Source: Marsupella aquatica
Taxonomy: Eukaryota > Plantae > Marchantiophyta
Direction of reading: 5' to 3'
DNA length: 64,000 nucleotides
NCBI GenBank assembly: GCA_973895155.1
Contig: OZ316891.1
Span: 15,655,037 to 15,719,036, forward strand
The notes below the pieces were generated by a model. The model had not been told where the DNA came from. It worked only from the letters and a program-made list of their open reading frames with translations, and made no database searches. Every line of letters begins with the position of its first letter. The first letter of the stretch is position 1. Both the position numbers and the translations under genes were made by a program. Of this stretch, positions 26,711 to 40,700 are shown piece by piece.

Positions 26711-29700
26711 TTGTCTTCACACACCATCAATTCGACAAAGAGCAGATCGACTATCAACTGCGGAGGTGAATTCAGGAGGAAGGATTGTGAGGGCTTAGTA
26801 TCGATTGGTGGAATGAACACTATCGATGGCACAGGAAAATTTTGGGGCTGTTTGCTTGAAGAAGCACAACAGCTCATACCAACCTACGAGGACGAGGAGC
26901 CAGAGCGAGCAGCCAAGGAACAAGCAAAACTTGCGCGATTGTGGGGGATTCACAAGACTGCAATTGTGGGAGCAGAGGAGGTATTGGAGAAGTTTCTATG
27001 GACGCCAACGAGTGATGAGCTTGACAAATTACTGATCAAGGAGAATCAAGTTGTTGGGATTTGGGAAGCAATCAATAACATCCAACAACCACTGTGGGAA
27101 CTGAAGGGACACACTTTGGCTTGGATTAGGGCAACTATCCTTGGAGAAAGCTCAAGTACAGGGTAGATGAAGCACAAGGGTAGTTCGGCAGCCACACCAG
27201 CTAAGCAAACCCGGTTTGAGAAGCCAACCATAATTGATGTCGTGCCTGTTTGGGGCAGAGTGATTGAAGACAAGTTTATGGTAGGATGGGCAGACAAGAT
27301 ACCTGCTGATTTACAACTACAGTTTGCAAGGGACAAGGATGATGTCTTTGGTGTTATCCAGGATGATAAATACTCAGGATACATGGATAGTCCCGTGGAT
27401 AGTATTGGATTGGAGGGATTTGTCAGGTTGCCATGGAGGTTGGTTGATATACCAAACAAAGATCTATTAGACTTTGTTGGATGCTGGGAGGCTTCTTCTA
27501 ACACAACACTACTATATGGGAAGGTGTTAGAACTGTCACCTGCATTGATTGAGGCTATCTTTGCTCTACCCGAAGGGACAAAGACTAAAGTAGAGTAGAG
27601 GACGACACTACTGGATAACCAATTTAGATCATTTTTGGGGCCATCTACTAAGAATGGGTTCTTTAGGAATTAGTGCACTAACCCGCACATAGGCCAATTG
27701 ATTGATTTCCTTAGTGTTACCTTGCATTGCGCGTTGCCAAGAGCAGAGATCGGCAAGGCATAGGTGTTTCTTGTGGAGAATGTTGACTCAAGCCGAGATT
27801 ACAATGGCCATCTTTTAATGTAGTTGAAGAAGGCATTAAACGAGGAGAAGCAAAGCATAGGAGAGGGGGCGGTATCCAGATCGACTTGGGTACCATTTAC
27901 AATTGCTATGCTGCTATGTGAGAAGTTAGTCTTTTGCACCCGTGTTACCCCTGCAAGAGCGGATGCCGATAAACTATGCAGTCACAGAGAATAACCCAAC
28001 ACCAATGTTAGTTGTAAGTAAAATGACATCTAGGTCAAGTTATGTCACATAGGAGGAGGAGGAAGAGGAACCTTTGTAGGTTAAAAGAAGAGGGAAGAAA
28101 CCCTTGTTGCAAGAACAAGTGGTTCTTCCACCAAGGGAGCCAGATGTAGTTAATTTGGATGTTGTGAGAAATCGGTTGCAATGGCCTACTCAAAATAACC
28201 CACATGCTAGCATCACCTTGGTAGAAAGAAAGATGACTGCAAAGGAGAAAAAGAAGTGAGACAAACAATTAATGGAATCATCTTTGAAAGACGAAAGCCA
28301 AAGCCAAAGCCGCGATAAGCCCTAGGGGGTTTTATTTCCACAAAAATGGCTTATCACGTGCAACGAAGGATGGGTCATTTTATTGGTTCTAAGGGAAGAC
28401 TTACAAATTTTTGTAGAAGAACAATAGGGTCTTTTAAATTCAATTTTGAGATTTATAAGAACATTAGGGTCTTTTTAATCCAATTTTTGGAATATTCCAA
28501 CTTTATAGGGATTAAAAATATTTTTTTCTTACATTTTAGGGGGTCTAAGGCCTAAAAACGTCGTAGGTGATGGGGAGGTCCCCATATAGTGAGACCCCTG
28601 AGGATAAGCTAACACCTAGGGTTTCTGGCCTAGCTCAACTAGGAGACCTAAGGTAGGGAGTCAGTTTGCGGCACCAATACAATACTCAAAAGAGGAGATT
28701 GGGGGCTTTGTAGTGGGGATGGGCATTCCACAAGGCTAGGACAGGTTAATGTTGAGGACTATGATGAGGAGTACATTGATCATGGGGAGAGGCTAGTGCC
28801 ATGAGTCAGAATGGTGGATTTCATAGAAGATTTCATTGATTTTCTATGGAAATTCAGATCAGCCCGGAGTCTCTGCCACCTGATATGGCACCTCACAAGT
28901 TGGACAAGACAAAGGATGCCAAAGCAGAGCTTCAAGAGAAACTTAGGGAATTGGGAAGCCAAAATAAGGTGCAGGAGGAAGGTCAGATACTAGGAGGAGA
29001 ATGGTCGGAGGAAATATGACAGCTTAGTGAGGAGCAGGCCAAGCCTCTCATAGGCTTTGATTGACTGAGGGAGGAGGCCTGGGAGAGGAGACCTTGTTGG
29101 CAGATGCCAGTGTCTCCCAAAAGGTCTAACTATGCAATCAACAAAGCTAGGGAGTATGGAGATATGTATGGACCCTTAGCTTTGGGGATTTTTGGTAACG
29201 AGTTAGAGTCTGGGCCCTTTATTAGAAAGGAGATAGCGGATTGAACAAGGCTAGAAGATGTCGTGACTTTGGAGCGCTTGAAGAAGTAGGAATTGATTGT
29301 TTGGCTTAAGAAGATGGAAGCTAAAGCTACCAAGGTAGGAGTTAATTGGCAGATTCACAACAAATTGTTGATTAAGCAACAGGGGTTGGGGGTCGTGTGT
29401 CAACAATTAGAGGACTACCGGGCGGATAACCAACGGATTAAGGAGAAGCTGACAAAGGTGCAAGTGAAGTTGGCTAATGCAAAAGAAGAGATCCGGAGTC
29501 TTCATCAACAAACAAGAAAACTCAGGGCTATAAATCAGGACCAACTCAACCATTTCAACAAAGCCTTAGCAGATGCCAAGAGGAAACAGGACAATCTTCC
29601 CGATCTGTTGGAGGCCAAGCAAGAAAAACATGAAGAAGAGAACTACAAAAATGTGAGTGATTTCCTGAAGTGGGTACAGCAGGTATGGAATGAGCACCAA

Positions 29701-30521
29701 GTGGAGATTACAAAGCTGAAGGCTGAGTGCACAACTGAGCTTGCAAAGTTAATACTCATCAATAGTCACAAAAGGCAGCAATGGATAAGCAAGAGTTTGA
29801 AGTCGTGAACATCCTCAATGAGGAGTTGAAGGAAGCCAAGGTGGAAATACATCGGTTTGCTGATGAAGTAGAGGACTTATCTGGGGAGTTGGAGGAAGCC
29901 AAGGAGAAATGGTGAGTTTGCAAAGGCGTGCTGACAACCAAATGGAGAAACTTAAGAAGTATGCCAAAGTAGGACAAGGATTGCCAGCTGGGAGGTCCCT
30001 CTATGGTGGCATGGTAGCCAGAAGCACACCGGAGCCGAAGCCGAGCCCGGTGCCAACAACTGTAATCAGGGGAATGGAAATGCAGTTGGTAGCGGATTCG
30101 GCAAAGACATTTATGGGGCCGGCAGTTGATAAGATTGTACCGCTTAAGGCCACCCCAGAGGAAGTTGAGAGCATGGCAGCTCACATTTGTGGAACACTAG
30201 CGGTGAAGGAAGCTGTGGTAGAGGTAAGTGTTGTGGATCAACTCGGAGCTGCGATAACAGGTTCAAACACTGCTACCGCTACCACGGATTATCATAATGT
30301 GAAGCCTTGGGTGTTAGAGACCAAAAAAATTGGGGAGCAAGCATAGATCTCGAAGTAAAGGCCAATCCTGCCCAAGCTGTAGCCAAGAGGATGCTGCCAA
30401 TGTCGTGAAGACAAGTAACGTTGTCAATAGAGGGGAAGCCAAAGCCAGTCAGGCTAATCCGGAGTCAAAGGAAGGTGCAGAGCCAAAGGTAAAGGGTTGC
30501 AGACTGTCATTTGATAATTAA
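26711..30521 (+). pseudogene. Decayed coding region, probably LTR-retrotransposon accessory (non-gag/pol) ORFs with long coiled-coil segments
   Basis: Series of same-strand broken ORFs (26711-27166, 27167-27598, 29293-29808, 29909-30346) with no introns, in a TE-rich context. Heptad-rich K/E/Q/L stretches; no recognised catalytic motif. Confidence 0.4.
28330..28598 (+). repeat. Dispersed direct repeat copy A (copy B at 30960-31183)
   Basis: Both copies run from TTCCACAAAAATGGC through GGAATATTCCAACTT and TTACATTTTAGGGGGTCT to CATATAGTGAGACCCC. Confidence 0.85.
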
Positions 30522-30959
30522 GGCAGGCCACTCATCGATTGGAGGGAGGACTTGGCGGTAGGAGAAGGGCTTGGGCCAAAAGGGCACGACCATTGTAGAA
30601 TAAGACAAGGCAAGTTGCGCCTTGTCAACTTGAGTAGGATTGATTTAGTTAGGAGCCAGGTTCCGCTTGTTCTCCGGCTTAGGTGTAAATCGAATTAGAC
30701 GTAGGATAATAAACAAGAATATCACAGTGTAGGTTCATGATTGAGTTGTTAGGATTTTTGCAGATCTTGAGGCACCAACGCTGCATGGATAAAAACCTTG
30801 GCAGTGTGGGTGTTGGGGCTTATTTTCCGTCAAGCCTTTAGTGTATCAGTTTCCTTGTGATCAGAGAAGCTCTCGACAAAATTTGGAACGTTGGGTATTA
30901 GTAAACAACAAGTTTTTTTGTATCTTCGTGCAATCTCTTGAATTGAGTTGGCCTCTCGA

Positions 30960-31183
30960 GGGTTTCACTTCCACAAAAATGGCACATCATGTGCAACGAA
31001 GGATAGGTTTGAAGGGAAAACTTAAGAATTTTTGCAGAAGAACAATAAGGTCTTTCTAACCAAAAATTTGGAATATTCCAACTTCATAGGGGTTGAAAAA
31101 TATTTTTTTTTCTTACATTTTAGGGGGTCTGAGGCCTAAAAACATCGCAGGGGATGGGGAGGCATCCATATAGTGAGACCCCC
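30960..31183 (+). repeat. Dispersed direct repeat copy B (copy A at 28330-28598)
   Basis: Colinear with copy A, with an internal deletion. Confidence 0.85.
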
Positions 31184-31331
31184 AAGGTTGGCCTTTCTTG
31201 GCCTAGTTTGCAAGTCCTTGCCAATAGACCAAGAAACGTTGGTTGTTGATATATTTTGCTTGATCGATTGAAGTCAATAGAAGTGGAACCAGTGAACAAA
31301 GTATGAACCACATCGGGTTGATTGGAGACTC

Positions 31332-31640
31332 AGTCGTGAAACTCGACTACCTTAACACTTAGCTTCGGCGTCGCTGACTCTGACACCAAGCTCCCCTATG
31401 GTCCAGACCCGGAACGGCTATCCGAGTAGGGCTTAGCATGGGGAGACTTGTGGGCAATTGGGCGTGACACTGGCAAAGGCAAGACGCTAAGCTGGTGACA
31501 CACACTAAGGACTTACACTTGCTGAGGGCTGTTCAGGTCAAGGGGAAAGGGTCGGGCTCAAGGTCGACCATCTAGACCCCCAAACGGACTTTGAGTTTTG
31601 AGGGCTTGAGTGAGAGCTCCTCTTGGGCCCAAGGCAAATG
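31332..31640 (+). mobile_element. LTR fragment of the chromovirus family at 50917-52777
   Basis: Aligns by eye over ~300 bp with the reverse complement of 51275-51582 (e.g. CTTAGCATGGGGAGACTTGTGGGCAAT, GCTGGTGACACACACTAAGGACTTA, GGGTCGGGCTCAAGGTCGACC). Confidence 0.75.
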
Positions 31641-33059
31641 GGTGGAGCTCCTCTTGGGCTCAAGTACAAAGCGTCGTCAACTTAAGGGGAAATAGGTGAC
31701 CGATCCTCCAATGGACAAGTCGAGCGATGATAGCATCAACTCAGACGCCAGATCAGAGGAAGGGGACAAGACCCAAAGGGGGGACTGATCCCCGCCTTAA
31801 GAGGGTTGGACGCAGAACCAGAAGATGATGTCGAGCCAGACATCATCATGGATAATTTGACCAAGTAAAACCAGGGTGATGAGGGTGATGCCACAACCCC
31901 GGGAGGTCATGGTGCCAGCAAGGCACGGGGGGTGTCACCAAAATCCACACGTGAACCGGTCGGTTGATAGTGGCTTCAGTAGTTAGAGGCTTTGGAAATC
32001 GCACCACATGTACCTCTATTGCTTGCTAGTCTGACAAGTGTTCAACAACAACCGAATATGTCATGGCCCGACCCAAGTGCATTTTGGACAATCATTTTGA
32101 GTACTTGATGTGTCCTGTCATCAGCTTGTATCCTTAATGCCTAACTAACCTACGCCTAGCCTGAACATCATAATTAATTATCCTAATTCTTGTCATTATG
32201 CTAATTATCACATTGTACCGGCAGCTAACTATTACATACCCCATATGGACAGGCCCTGATAAGGGATGCCCAGTTGGCATCATAACACAATATCTGGGAT
32301 GTACATTGAGTGAGTGCCTTAGAGTGTTATGATTGGGTCAATGCTACACTCATCTCTAGGTTATGGGTTTCCTTTTAGACCAACTTCACAACATCTCTAG
32401 GACGACTTCCTATGCCTTGCTTCCTAGGCTAGAGGGTAGTTGATATGAGATGGTTTGCGACATTAAGTTTCTTGCGCATGCTCCAACAAGGCAGCACGCG
32501 GACTTTGCCCCCTGATTGGCCTCAACTCACACGCTGACCTCTGCCCTCCACTCAACCAATCTAAACCCCCATGGTTGAAGTCAAATTGCATTGAGATCCC
32601 ATAGGAGCTTCACCTCCCACTCTTAGACTTGCAAGGCCCTTCCTCACCACTTCTCTCCTCACCTGCACTCCTGACTCTTCAATTCATTTTCTTTGGGCTT
32701 CTTGGGGATATTGGTTCGTGCCTTTGGATAAGCCCACCCCTGGCCTCGCCAACCTTTTGCACTTGGAGTCGCTGACCATCTCTCCTGGCTGGTTCCCTGG
32801 CCCCCAGTTCTTGTGTTGTCCAGGCATGAGTGTACCCAACCCTTGTGTGCCACCCTCCCTCATCAACGTCCTTCCCTTCGCACACACTGAACTCGTGTCT
32901 TCCCCTTCTCATTAGTGAACTTCTCTTTTTTCCTTTCCACTCGCCTTTTGGCTTACCATCTTCCATACCAATCATCTCGTAGATGGTGCATGGATTTCGT
33001 GTACCTCCTCCCATCTCTTTCAAACTTTGTCTGCCACGCATACAACTTATTTCCACTCC

Positions 33060-33260
33060 TTCAATTTATATATATCAAACTGCCAAAGAGCAGGAGGTGC
33101 TGAACCGGGAGACAGGATCCCACAGGCCAAAAAACCCAATCAAGGGAAAACAAGAAAAAAAGCCAAAAGGCCAAAGAGCAAAAACAAAAAAGACTAGACA
33201 CAAGCCCAGCCCAAGGAGAACAAAGGACACACAAACCTAAAGACTACCCAACGGCAAAGT
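33060..33260 (-). mobile_element. Probable LINE/SINE 3' tail fragment
   Basis: T/G-rich tract on the minus strand ending ...TGTCTCCCGGTTCAGCA...GGCAGTTTGATATATATAAAT, similar to 46740-46838 on the plus strand. Confidence 0.45.
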
Positions 33261-35028
33261 GAAGGGCCTGATAAAGCTCCGTCATGAACTGCATATGGGG
33301 GTCAAACAATGGAAGGAATCCGACTAGATGTCCAAACTCCAAGGACTTCAATTTTTGGAAACGGCACGAACAGTGTGCAGAACATAACCCGGGACATTCA
33401 AGTGATGTTATTAATTTATTTAATAATCCATAAATTGATTATGAGCGTACACAGCGTTCTCGTCCCATTTGCTTGGGTTGGGGGAATGGGAAAATGGGAG
33501 CGGTTCCGTTTGCCGTGGAGCGGAGTGAATGGATAGGAGCTGCCTATCACACGAGGGTACGTGTAGGTCGGGCATTATGGTAGTCGGCTAGTCGCCCAGG
33601 AGGGCCCGCCGAATTGTGTAAAGAGCAGACTACTCACACGTCTCTCTGTGGTACGCGGAGAGTACCTGGACGTCATCTTGCTGGCTCGCGTCATCCGTCC
33701 AGTAAATTCAATGTCTGGGATGATGGTACACTAGTAGTCCATCGAACGAACGACCCTCCATCACTCGGGCGTTCTCTCTGCTCCCAGATTTTGCTGTGTC
33801 GAGTGTCCGCCCTTCTTTCCTTCTTTCCTGCTTTCCTGCTCCGGTGCTAAGAGGTCCAATTGCATCGACAGTACACCTGTCTGTCGTTCATCGCTACGTT
33901 CTGTCCCCTGTTGGCGCTCTGTGTGCTCCTTCAAGCTGGATTGTTGACGGGGGCGACGGGGCTCGAATGCTTGGCGGATCTCATTGCAGTTGACTGCATC
34001 GGTGCGGTTTGATTGGGCTTGTGAGCAGTTTTCGTGGGTTGTTTTTGTGATAATTATAGCGCCTGGATCAAGGTCTTGTCGGAGTGTCCGAACGGACTTT
34101 TGTAGCCACGTTTTGGATAGGGCGACAAGATTTGCGTTGCCGTCTGTCTCCAGGAAGGCCTTTCCGCACCGGCTGGTTCCGGGAAGCACTTATATTCGAC
34201 ACGGTGATTTTGAGGACGAGAAGGAACAGGAGTATGTTGGGTTGAGGTAGATAGCCTATTTTCGCGCTGCAGCGAAAGGCAAGTGCACCACAAGTGTGGT
34301 AAAGCAATATCGTATCCGCGAACTCTATCCAGCCTCCAAGGTTTGCCACTAGGAGCAGATCTCGAGTTTTCTTGCCTGATGACGGCATCTGGATCTGCGC
34401 ATATGCATGCGATTCGAGGGGCTGGTCCTTTGAGACGAACAGTTTGGAAAGTTCCGTCATCTTGTTCGATTTTTCTCAGCAGGCTCAGTGTAATCTTTCT
34501 TGTTACTGAAGCCCGCGGATAAATTCTCCTATTCTGTATCACAGGTTGCCTTTGTAGACGCTCTGGTATAGGAACCTGAAGAAGATCTGATGGAAGGCTG
34601 TTCCGCATTTCATGAGTAGATCTCAGTTGCTGCGATGGACTTCTTCTCTGGAGTCTCGTGCTGTTCAATAGGAAGACGTTGTGTCCTTTGTGGACTCGTA
34701 GCGGCAGTCAAACAGGACTGTAAAACCTAATTATGACATGCGTGCTTTTGGTTCCACAATTCCCTGTGGATATTCAGGAGAGATCTATCCATCATGAGTC
34801 AACGCTGGCTTTATAAGTAGAATTTCTTCCCGTGGGCTGCCTTGACTTACATTCATCCTCTACGGGCCGAGGGAATTTGGGAATTGCTTATTTCTCTGTC
34901 CCTTTGATAAGTGCTTCCGGTAGATGTAGTATAGGTAGGCTGGCCTCTTCACTTTGATAAAAAATAGGCTATAGCGTTCCGTATTCCACCTGGAGCAGCG
35001 GTGTGTTTTGGTGAGCGGACGCATCTAT

Positions 35029-37766
35029 ATGCAAATAGACGTGCTGACTACGGCAGGAGGTATGATTGAAGAAAGTGTGGACGAGGGTAGAGAGGAAAAT
35101 TTGGAATGGAAGCTCGTTCCTTACTCGAGGCCTGGCAGCAGAGGCTTTGTGGAAGCTGAAAGGTCTGCCAAACGTGTTTTCGTTGGTGCCGGGGCTCGTG
35201 TTCTCTTTTACCCGACCTTACTGTACAACTTAGTGCGTAATAAGCTTCAAGCGGAGTTCAGGTGGTGGGATCAGATAGACCAGGTTGGTGACCTTGTAGT
35301 TTTTCCCTCTTTGGCTTCTCGGGCAGTCTGATTTAACAATGTCCTCTTTGCATAGTAGAGGTTGGATTGTGCCACATGGCGGTCCTGCAGTGCTGTGATA
35401 CATATGTTCGCATCGGAGCTAACGCTGCAACTCAATTTATCGTGAGGGAATTTATCGACAGATTGATTTTAAGTCCTCGCAACCAGTGTAGTTGGGTCGA
35501 GTTATGTTGGTCTTACGTGAGGCTGCGAATAGCTCACAGCCCAGGGCTCTGCTTTGGTCTCGAAGCCTGATGGGAGGATTAGATTTAAAGCAAATGCGTC
35601 TGTTGGACAGCGATTGTCCTCTTATACTCACGTACATTATAGCGGATACGGATTACGCTGACATGCAATACTTTTTGTTGTTGGTTAGTTTTTGCTGTTA
35701 GGTGCCGTGCCCTTCCCAGGAGATGTTCTGCGTCTGAAAGCTATCGGCGTGCGGGCTGTGGTTACTTTGAATGAATCGTACGAAACCCTGGTGCCCACAA
35801 CAATGTATCAGGTACCCAGTCTCTCTTTGAACATTCTGCAGATTCACGGTCCTCGGGGCTGCGTTCGTATACGCTAGAATGTTTGTCCTTGGATGTCTCT
35901 ATTCACGGGTTGAATTGCGAAGTCGTAGAAATTGTGGAAAATACCTCTAGTAATTAAGCGGAACTTGGACGCAGGATGAAGGCATTGATCATCTGGTGAT
36001 TCCGACTCGGGACTATCTTTTTGCTCCTTCTATTGGAGACATCCGGCGCGCCGTTGCATTCATTCATGGTATCTAACCATCTGTTCACATTGCCAGAGTC
36101 AGGTTGAGGAAGGACGTTTTCCTTCTGCGTTACAACTTCGCACTTTAGTCTTATCAAAAGATTCATTCAAATTGGGGCACATTATTGATGGTCCATAAGA
36201 AATTGAAGCTGCGGTAGAAATCATTCCTACCCACCCACACAAATAAAAGAAAAAAGGAAAGGAAACGGTGGAATTCCGTGCGCAATCCAGCTGTGACCAC
36301 TGTATGTTCTTCACAGTTCCTACTTGTACTACCCATCACTTGATGGTTCTCTAGTAATTATTTATGCTGTTGATTGGCAGGTCATGTTCAGCATGGGCAG
36401 ACTACTTATGTCCATTGCAAAGCTGGGCGAGGTCGGAGCACAACTGTTGTTCTATGCTATCTGGTAATGCTTGTATAAATAATGGCGGCAGCAATCCCCC
36501 TGTCTTGCACCAAGCAGGATGTAGGTGCAGATGTTGAAAAGAAGGTGTCTGATGTAGCTGCGAAGTATTAGGTTAGGCTGTCTCTGGTTCATATCAAAGG
36601 TTCTAGAAGGTGAAACTGGGTTGAAGTCAGGATGAGACATGCCTTTCTTCTGGGCAATAGTTGGCTCTTACGGTGTCGGTATTTCTTGTTTAGAATGCGA
36701 TTGGTGTTATAGGAGTGCGTCTGATTGATTTTCATTGTTGATGAGAGCAGGTTGAACATCGCGGAATGAACCCAGTTGATGCTTTCCAGTATGTTCGAGG
36801 AAAAAGGCCTCGAGTATTATTAGCAACTGCTCAGTGGCAGGTGCTGTCCTTTACACTCAAATTTCCTCCATCTGCATCGTCTTCCCTCTGACTCTCGACT
36901 TAGGGTTCCTGAGCATATGGGGTTGATTTTGGGACCAGTCAGAGTCCACCTGAGATTGAAGGACTTATAATTTTCTTCCATGACTTTGCCTTGCTTTGCT
37001 CCTTTTTTATTTTCCGGGTGGAAAAGCCTTGTGGTGGGAAGCGCATACTCGTTCCTAGACCCGACACGTGGTCCTTGATGGCTTTCTGCTATTTCCTGTG
37101 TGCTAGTGGTAAATGTAGATCACACCCAGTTTCATGCAGTTATTGTCTTTAATATTTGACGATATTCGCGTCCTAGTTTTGACTTCGGCGTTGGTAACGT
37201 TTTGCAACATGCAGGCTGTTCAGGAGTACAGCAAGCACATCCGGTTGTGTCATGGTCCTAGGATGTTAACTTTTCAGCATTTGTTACCATGTTTAACAGA
37301 AGCAAATGCACCGCTTGAATCGGTGAATGTTTCCTCAAAGACAGGAACTGAGAGGAGCAATGAACCGGAAGATCTTGACATAGAGGACTTACCTGTGGTC
37401 ATAACCAGTGTTGACTTGACAGACTATAGAAGCATTGAAGACGCTGGACTAATAGGAAATGGACTTTGGGACGGGCTTGGAGTAGTGTACAGAGTACGGT
37501 TTATGGCTGCTAGAAGCGTTGTAAATGCTGTGCGTGTGGCTAGAGCATCCATGGAGTGGGCACGGCTGTCCTGCCTTGTCATTGGATGCCAAGCTGAGGG
37601 TAATCAGGTTCTTGGTTCTCACTCACACTTGACAGTAGATGGATTTCATTCTTCGGAGGTGATTCCAAAAAGCAATCCGCTGCCTTCCCCTAGTTTGTTA
37701 GCAGAACAAATTTCTAGGCCCCGGCTTAATCTTCCTGTTTGTCAGTCGGGTATGGTCAATGGGTGA
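35029..37766 (+). CDS. DSP8: Dual-specificity phosphatase / phosphatidylglycerophosphate phosphatase, PTPMT1-like (plant DSP8 family), ~398 aa
   Basis: Six GT-AG exons in phase: 35029-35283, 35689-35811, 35975-36068, 36381-36463, 36751-36840, 37215-37766. Motifs GAGARVLFYPTLLYN, FRWWD, LLLGAVPFP, TRDYLFAP, catalytic VHCKAGRGRS, RPRVLLA. Confidence 0.93.
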
Positions 37767-40700
37767 GTCGTCGAATATCTGTTGAGATTGTTAGAAGTGA
37801 AGGCTCTAGTTCTACTATATATGTCGGAACAACTTCAAGTGTATATAAGGAATCCAGGTTTTCCAAAACTAACCTGGAGCAGAAGCTTCTTTGTAACTTT
37901 CAATGTTTACGCCAGTCACAACGTGTTCTAAAGTCGTCTGGATCAGAACTCGTGGGCATGTCAATTGGCTATATTAATTTTCTGTCAGTTTTGATAGCTA
38001 TTAACTATGGATTGATGACTTGATTCTCGTCTGTTTAGAGTATCGTGTTTTGTGCGAAGAAATTTAAACTTCCACATCTTACAATCAACTCTGGACGGCA
38101 TATAAAATTGGAATTCCACTTGTCTGAACCCCTCCCCTGAACCGTTCCTTCGAGGACTTTGATGGTACCCAAAGTAAGCATGGCCATGACACGACGGTCT
38201 GATGCAACCGGTCTCCTTCGAGCTCTAGCGTTTTTTTTTGGCACCTTTCCTCTTTTGAAGACGTGCGAAACTTTTTCAAAGCACCGAACTTTTTAAAGGC
38301 GATTTCTGGATTGAAGGATGGCTTTGATAAAAGGCATTGGTGATGGGACATGAACCCAAGAACTCAGATTATATTATTGTTCCCTAAAAATGCAGCCACC
38401 AGTGTAGCAATGAGTTGTCTGACTCGATAGCAATGACCTACTTATGCTCAAATACCATGTGCACCTGGTCAGATTGATTTTTTCTGGCTGGCCGGAAAGG
38501 CTTTCAAGCAATTTCCCCAAGACAGGACTGGAGAAGGGCATCAGGTCCGATATGTCGCAAACGCTGAAACAGATAACCACGATTTCAGTAATGGTTGCTA
38601 CCGGCAACGGACGGACAATGCGAGGTGAGCCTACGTTTCAACTGGCTTTCAGTGCACCAAATGTATTCTCTCTAGTCAAGTGTTCGAAGACTTGTATTCT
38701 TTGTTCTAGACCCTTATTCAGCAGCGGTCTTTAGATAAGAAGAACAATGTGAATATAACTTGAAGTGGATTTCAGCCGAGCTTTATCATTGTCGTGACTT
38801 GTAACTGAAAATTGCTCGAAGAATTTTCCGAAACAATTCTCCTCTGCATTACGGTAGTTTCTCCCAGAGTTCTTCCGCCAGTGTTCTCTACGTGCAAATG
38901 TTAGAACTCACACGATTTGCAAGAAGTTCTTGACGGCAGGGTTTGCTTAACTTCACAAATGTCAGTTGAGAATCATTTCATTGAGAATTTTTGAAACGTG
39001 CCCGGTGGCAAATTAGGTTGCGCTGAGGATTGTGGATGAGATTATGAAGCCGTCGAATCCTAGTCAGAAACAATGAGTTCCCTAATCGCTTCTACCATCG
39101 TCAATTCGACGCTATATCTGGCATCGTTCAATTGCCCGATCCTGCATGATACCTTAACCTCTTTTTGCACAGTTGAGTGCTTAAGTTTCCGTCATATTTC
39201 AGGTGTTCTTGGACACAGTTTTAACCCGTAGAATGCTAAGGTTGAGGATCAGTTACTGAAGAATTGGGGTAGCATTCGCTTGAAAAATGTGTTAACGCCG
39301 TTCCAGCTACATGGTATTTAACAGTTCTGTCAGCAGCAGCATCGGCTTTCTTTACTGCGTACAATCTACGTGTCAATTTTGCGAAAGAGCGAACAGGGCA
39401 CCCGTTCTTATCAAAGACTGCCTCATTTCGCCCGTCCACCTTGCCGTCAGTCTTTGGGGGTCAAGAGCATGTGATCAATAAATTCAAGTGCTTGCGAGCA
39501 GGCTGAGCTGAGCAAGCACTAACTGTCAACTTGACTCCAAGAAAATTAGTGGAGGAGCCAGCTTTAATTACCTTGCAAATGATGAGCTTTGGTCGTGGAG
39601 TGCTCCAGCTTCGCCTCAATCGACTGTCCAACTTTAACTCCAAGGGAATTGTGAAGAATTAAGCATTATTACTTTCCAAATGGTGTGCCTGGCTCGTTAA
39701 TTGCTTCAGTTTCGCGACACAGGTTTCTACGTTCTTCCGTTGAGCTTCAGTATCCACTAGGTGCCACCGAGGCTTGATGACTTTGTAACGAGCTCGCCTT
39801 TGTGCGGCTGTGGAGGGGCTATGAATGTTTTTCCCTCTGACCATCCCCAAATCCAATCCGAATTTTCAGTGAGCCTTCCCTCCGTACAGTCTTGACTGCT
39901 CAGCAAAAGATAAGAAATTTGAGTCAACATTACTGTTCCGCGTTAAAAGGAATGTTCGTTGGATCTCGGTGTTTAGTTTTCAGGAAGTATCCAGATGTGT
40001 AAGATTGACCACCATTCTGATCTGGCGAGTTGCAAGGTATTGCCTTTGTCCTTACCGCCTCCCCAAAGGACATTGAGATGAGAAATCGGCATGGCAGCCA
40101 AACAACTGATTGGCCTAATGCCTCGGACTTATTCTCACCTTGCCTAGCAGACACTCCAGTACTTGTGACAAGTGATGCAATGGTCGGTGGGCAGACAAGA
40201 TAAACCGTCACTTTGCCTATGAAGGCAGTTGAGCATTCAACTTGCTCATCAGAACATGCTTGATGAAACTCTTCAGTTGAGAAGGATCTTTTTGCAAAGC
40301 CTCCGTTTGCATTTGTACGGTTTACTCCGTCCAGCAATAAAGCCGGTGTATTGAGGTCATACGAGTCTTGGCACCACCCGGCTTTATTCTGTTAGGGAGC
40401 TTGGCAGCGAGATTACTGCATTATTGTTAGCATTGTCAGAGATCAATTAATCTTCACCAGCTGCTTTCGTCAGCTTCAGTAATTTGGCTGTTGCCAAGTT
40501 TTGAGTATCTTAATGGATTACTGACGCTTTTTCCCTTTTATATATATCAAAAAGCACTTGGGACCATCCCTTACCACCAAGTGAAACGGCTCTTTTCCTC
40601 GAGGCTGTTGCATCATGGATTTCCTATTTTCCACTGCCTCTACTCGCTCTATGACCTGTTTGCTTAGGTCCTGTTGGTGATCGAACCCGGCTTTACACCA

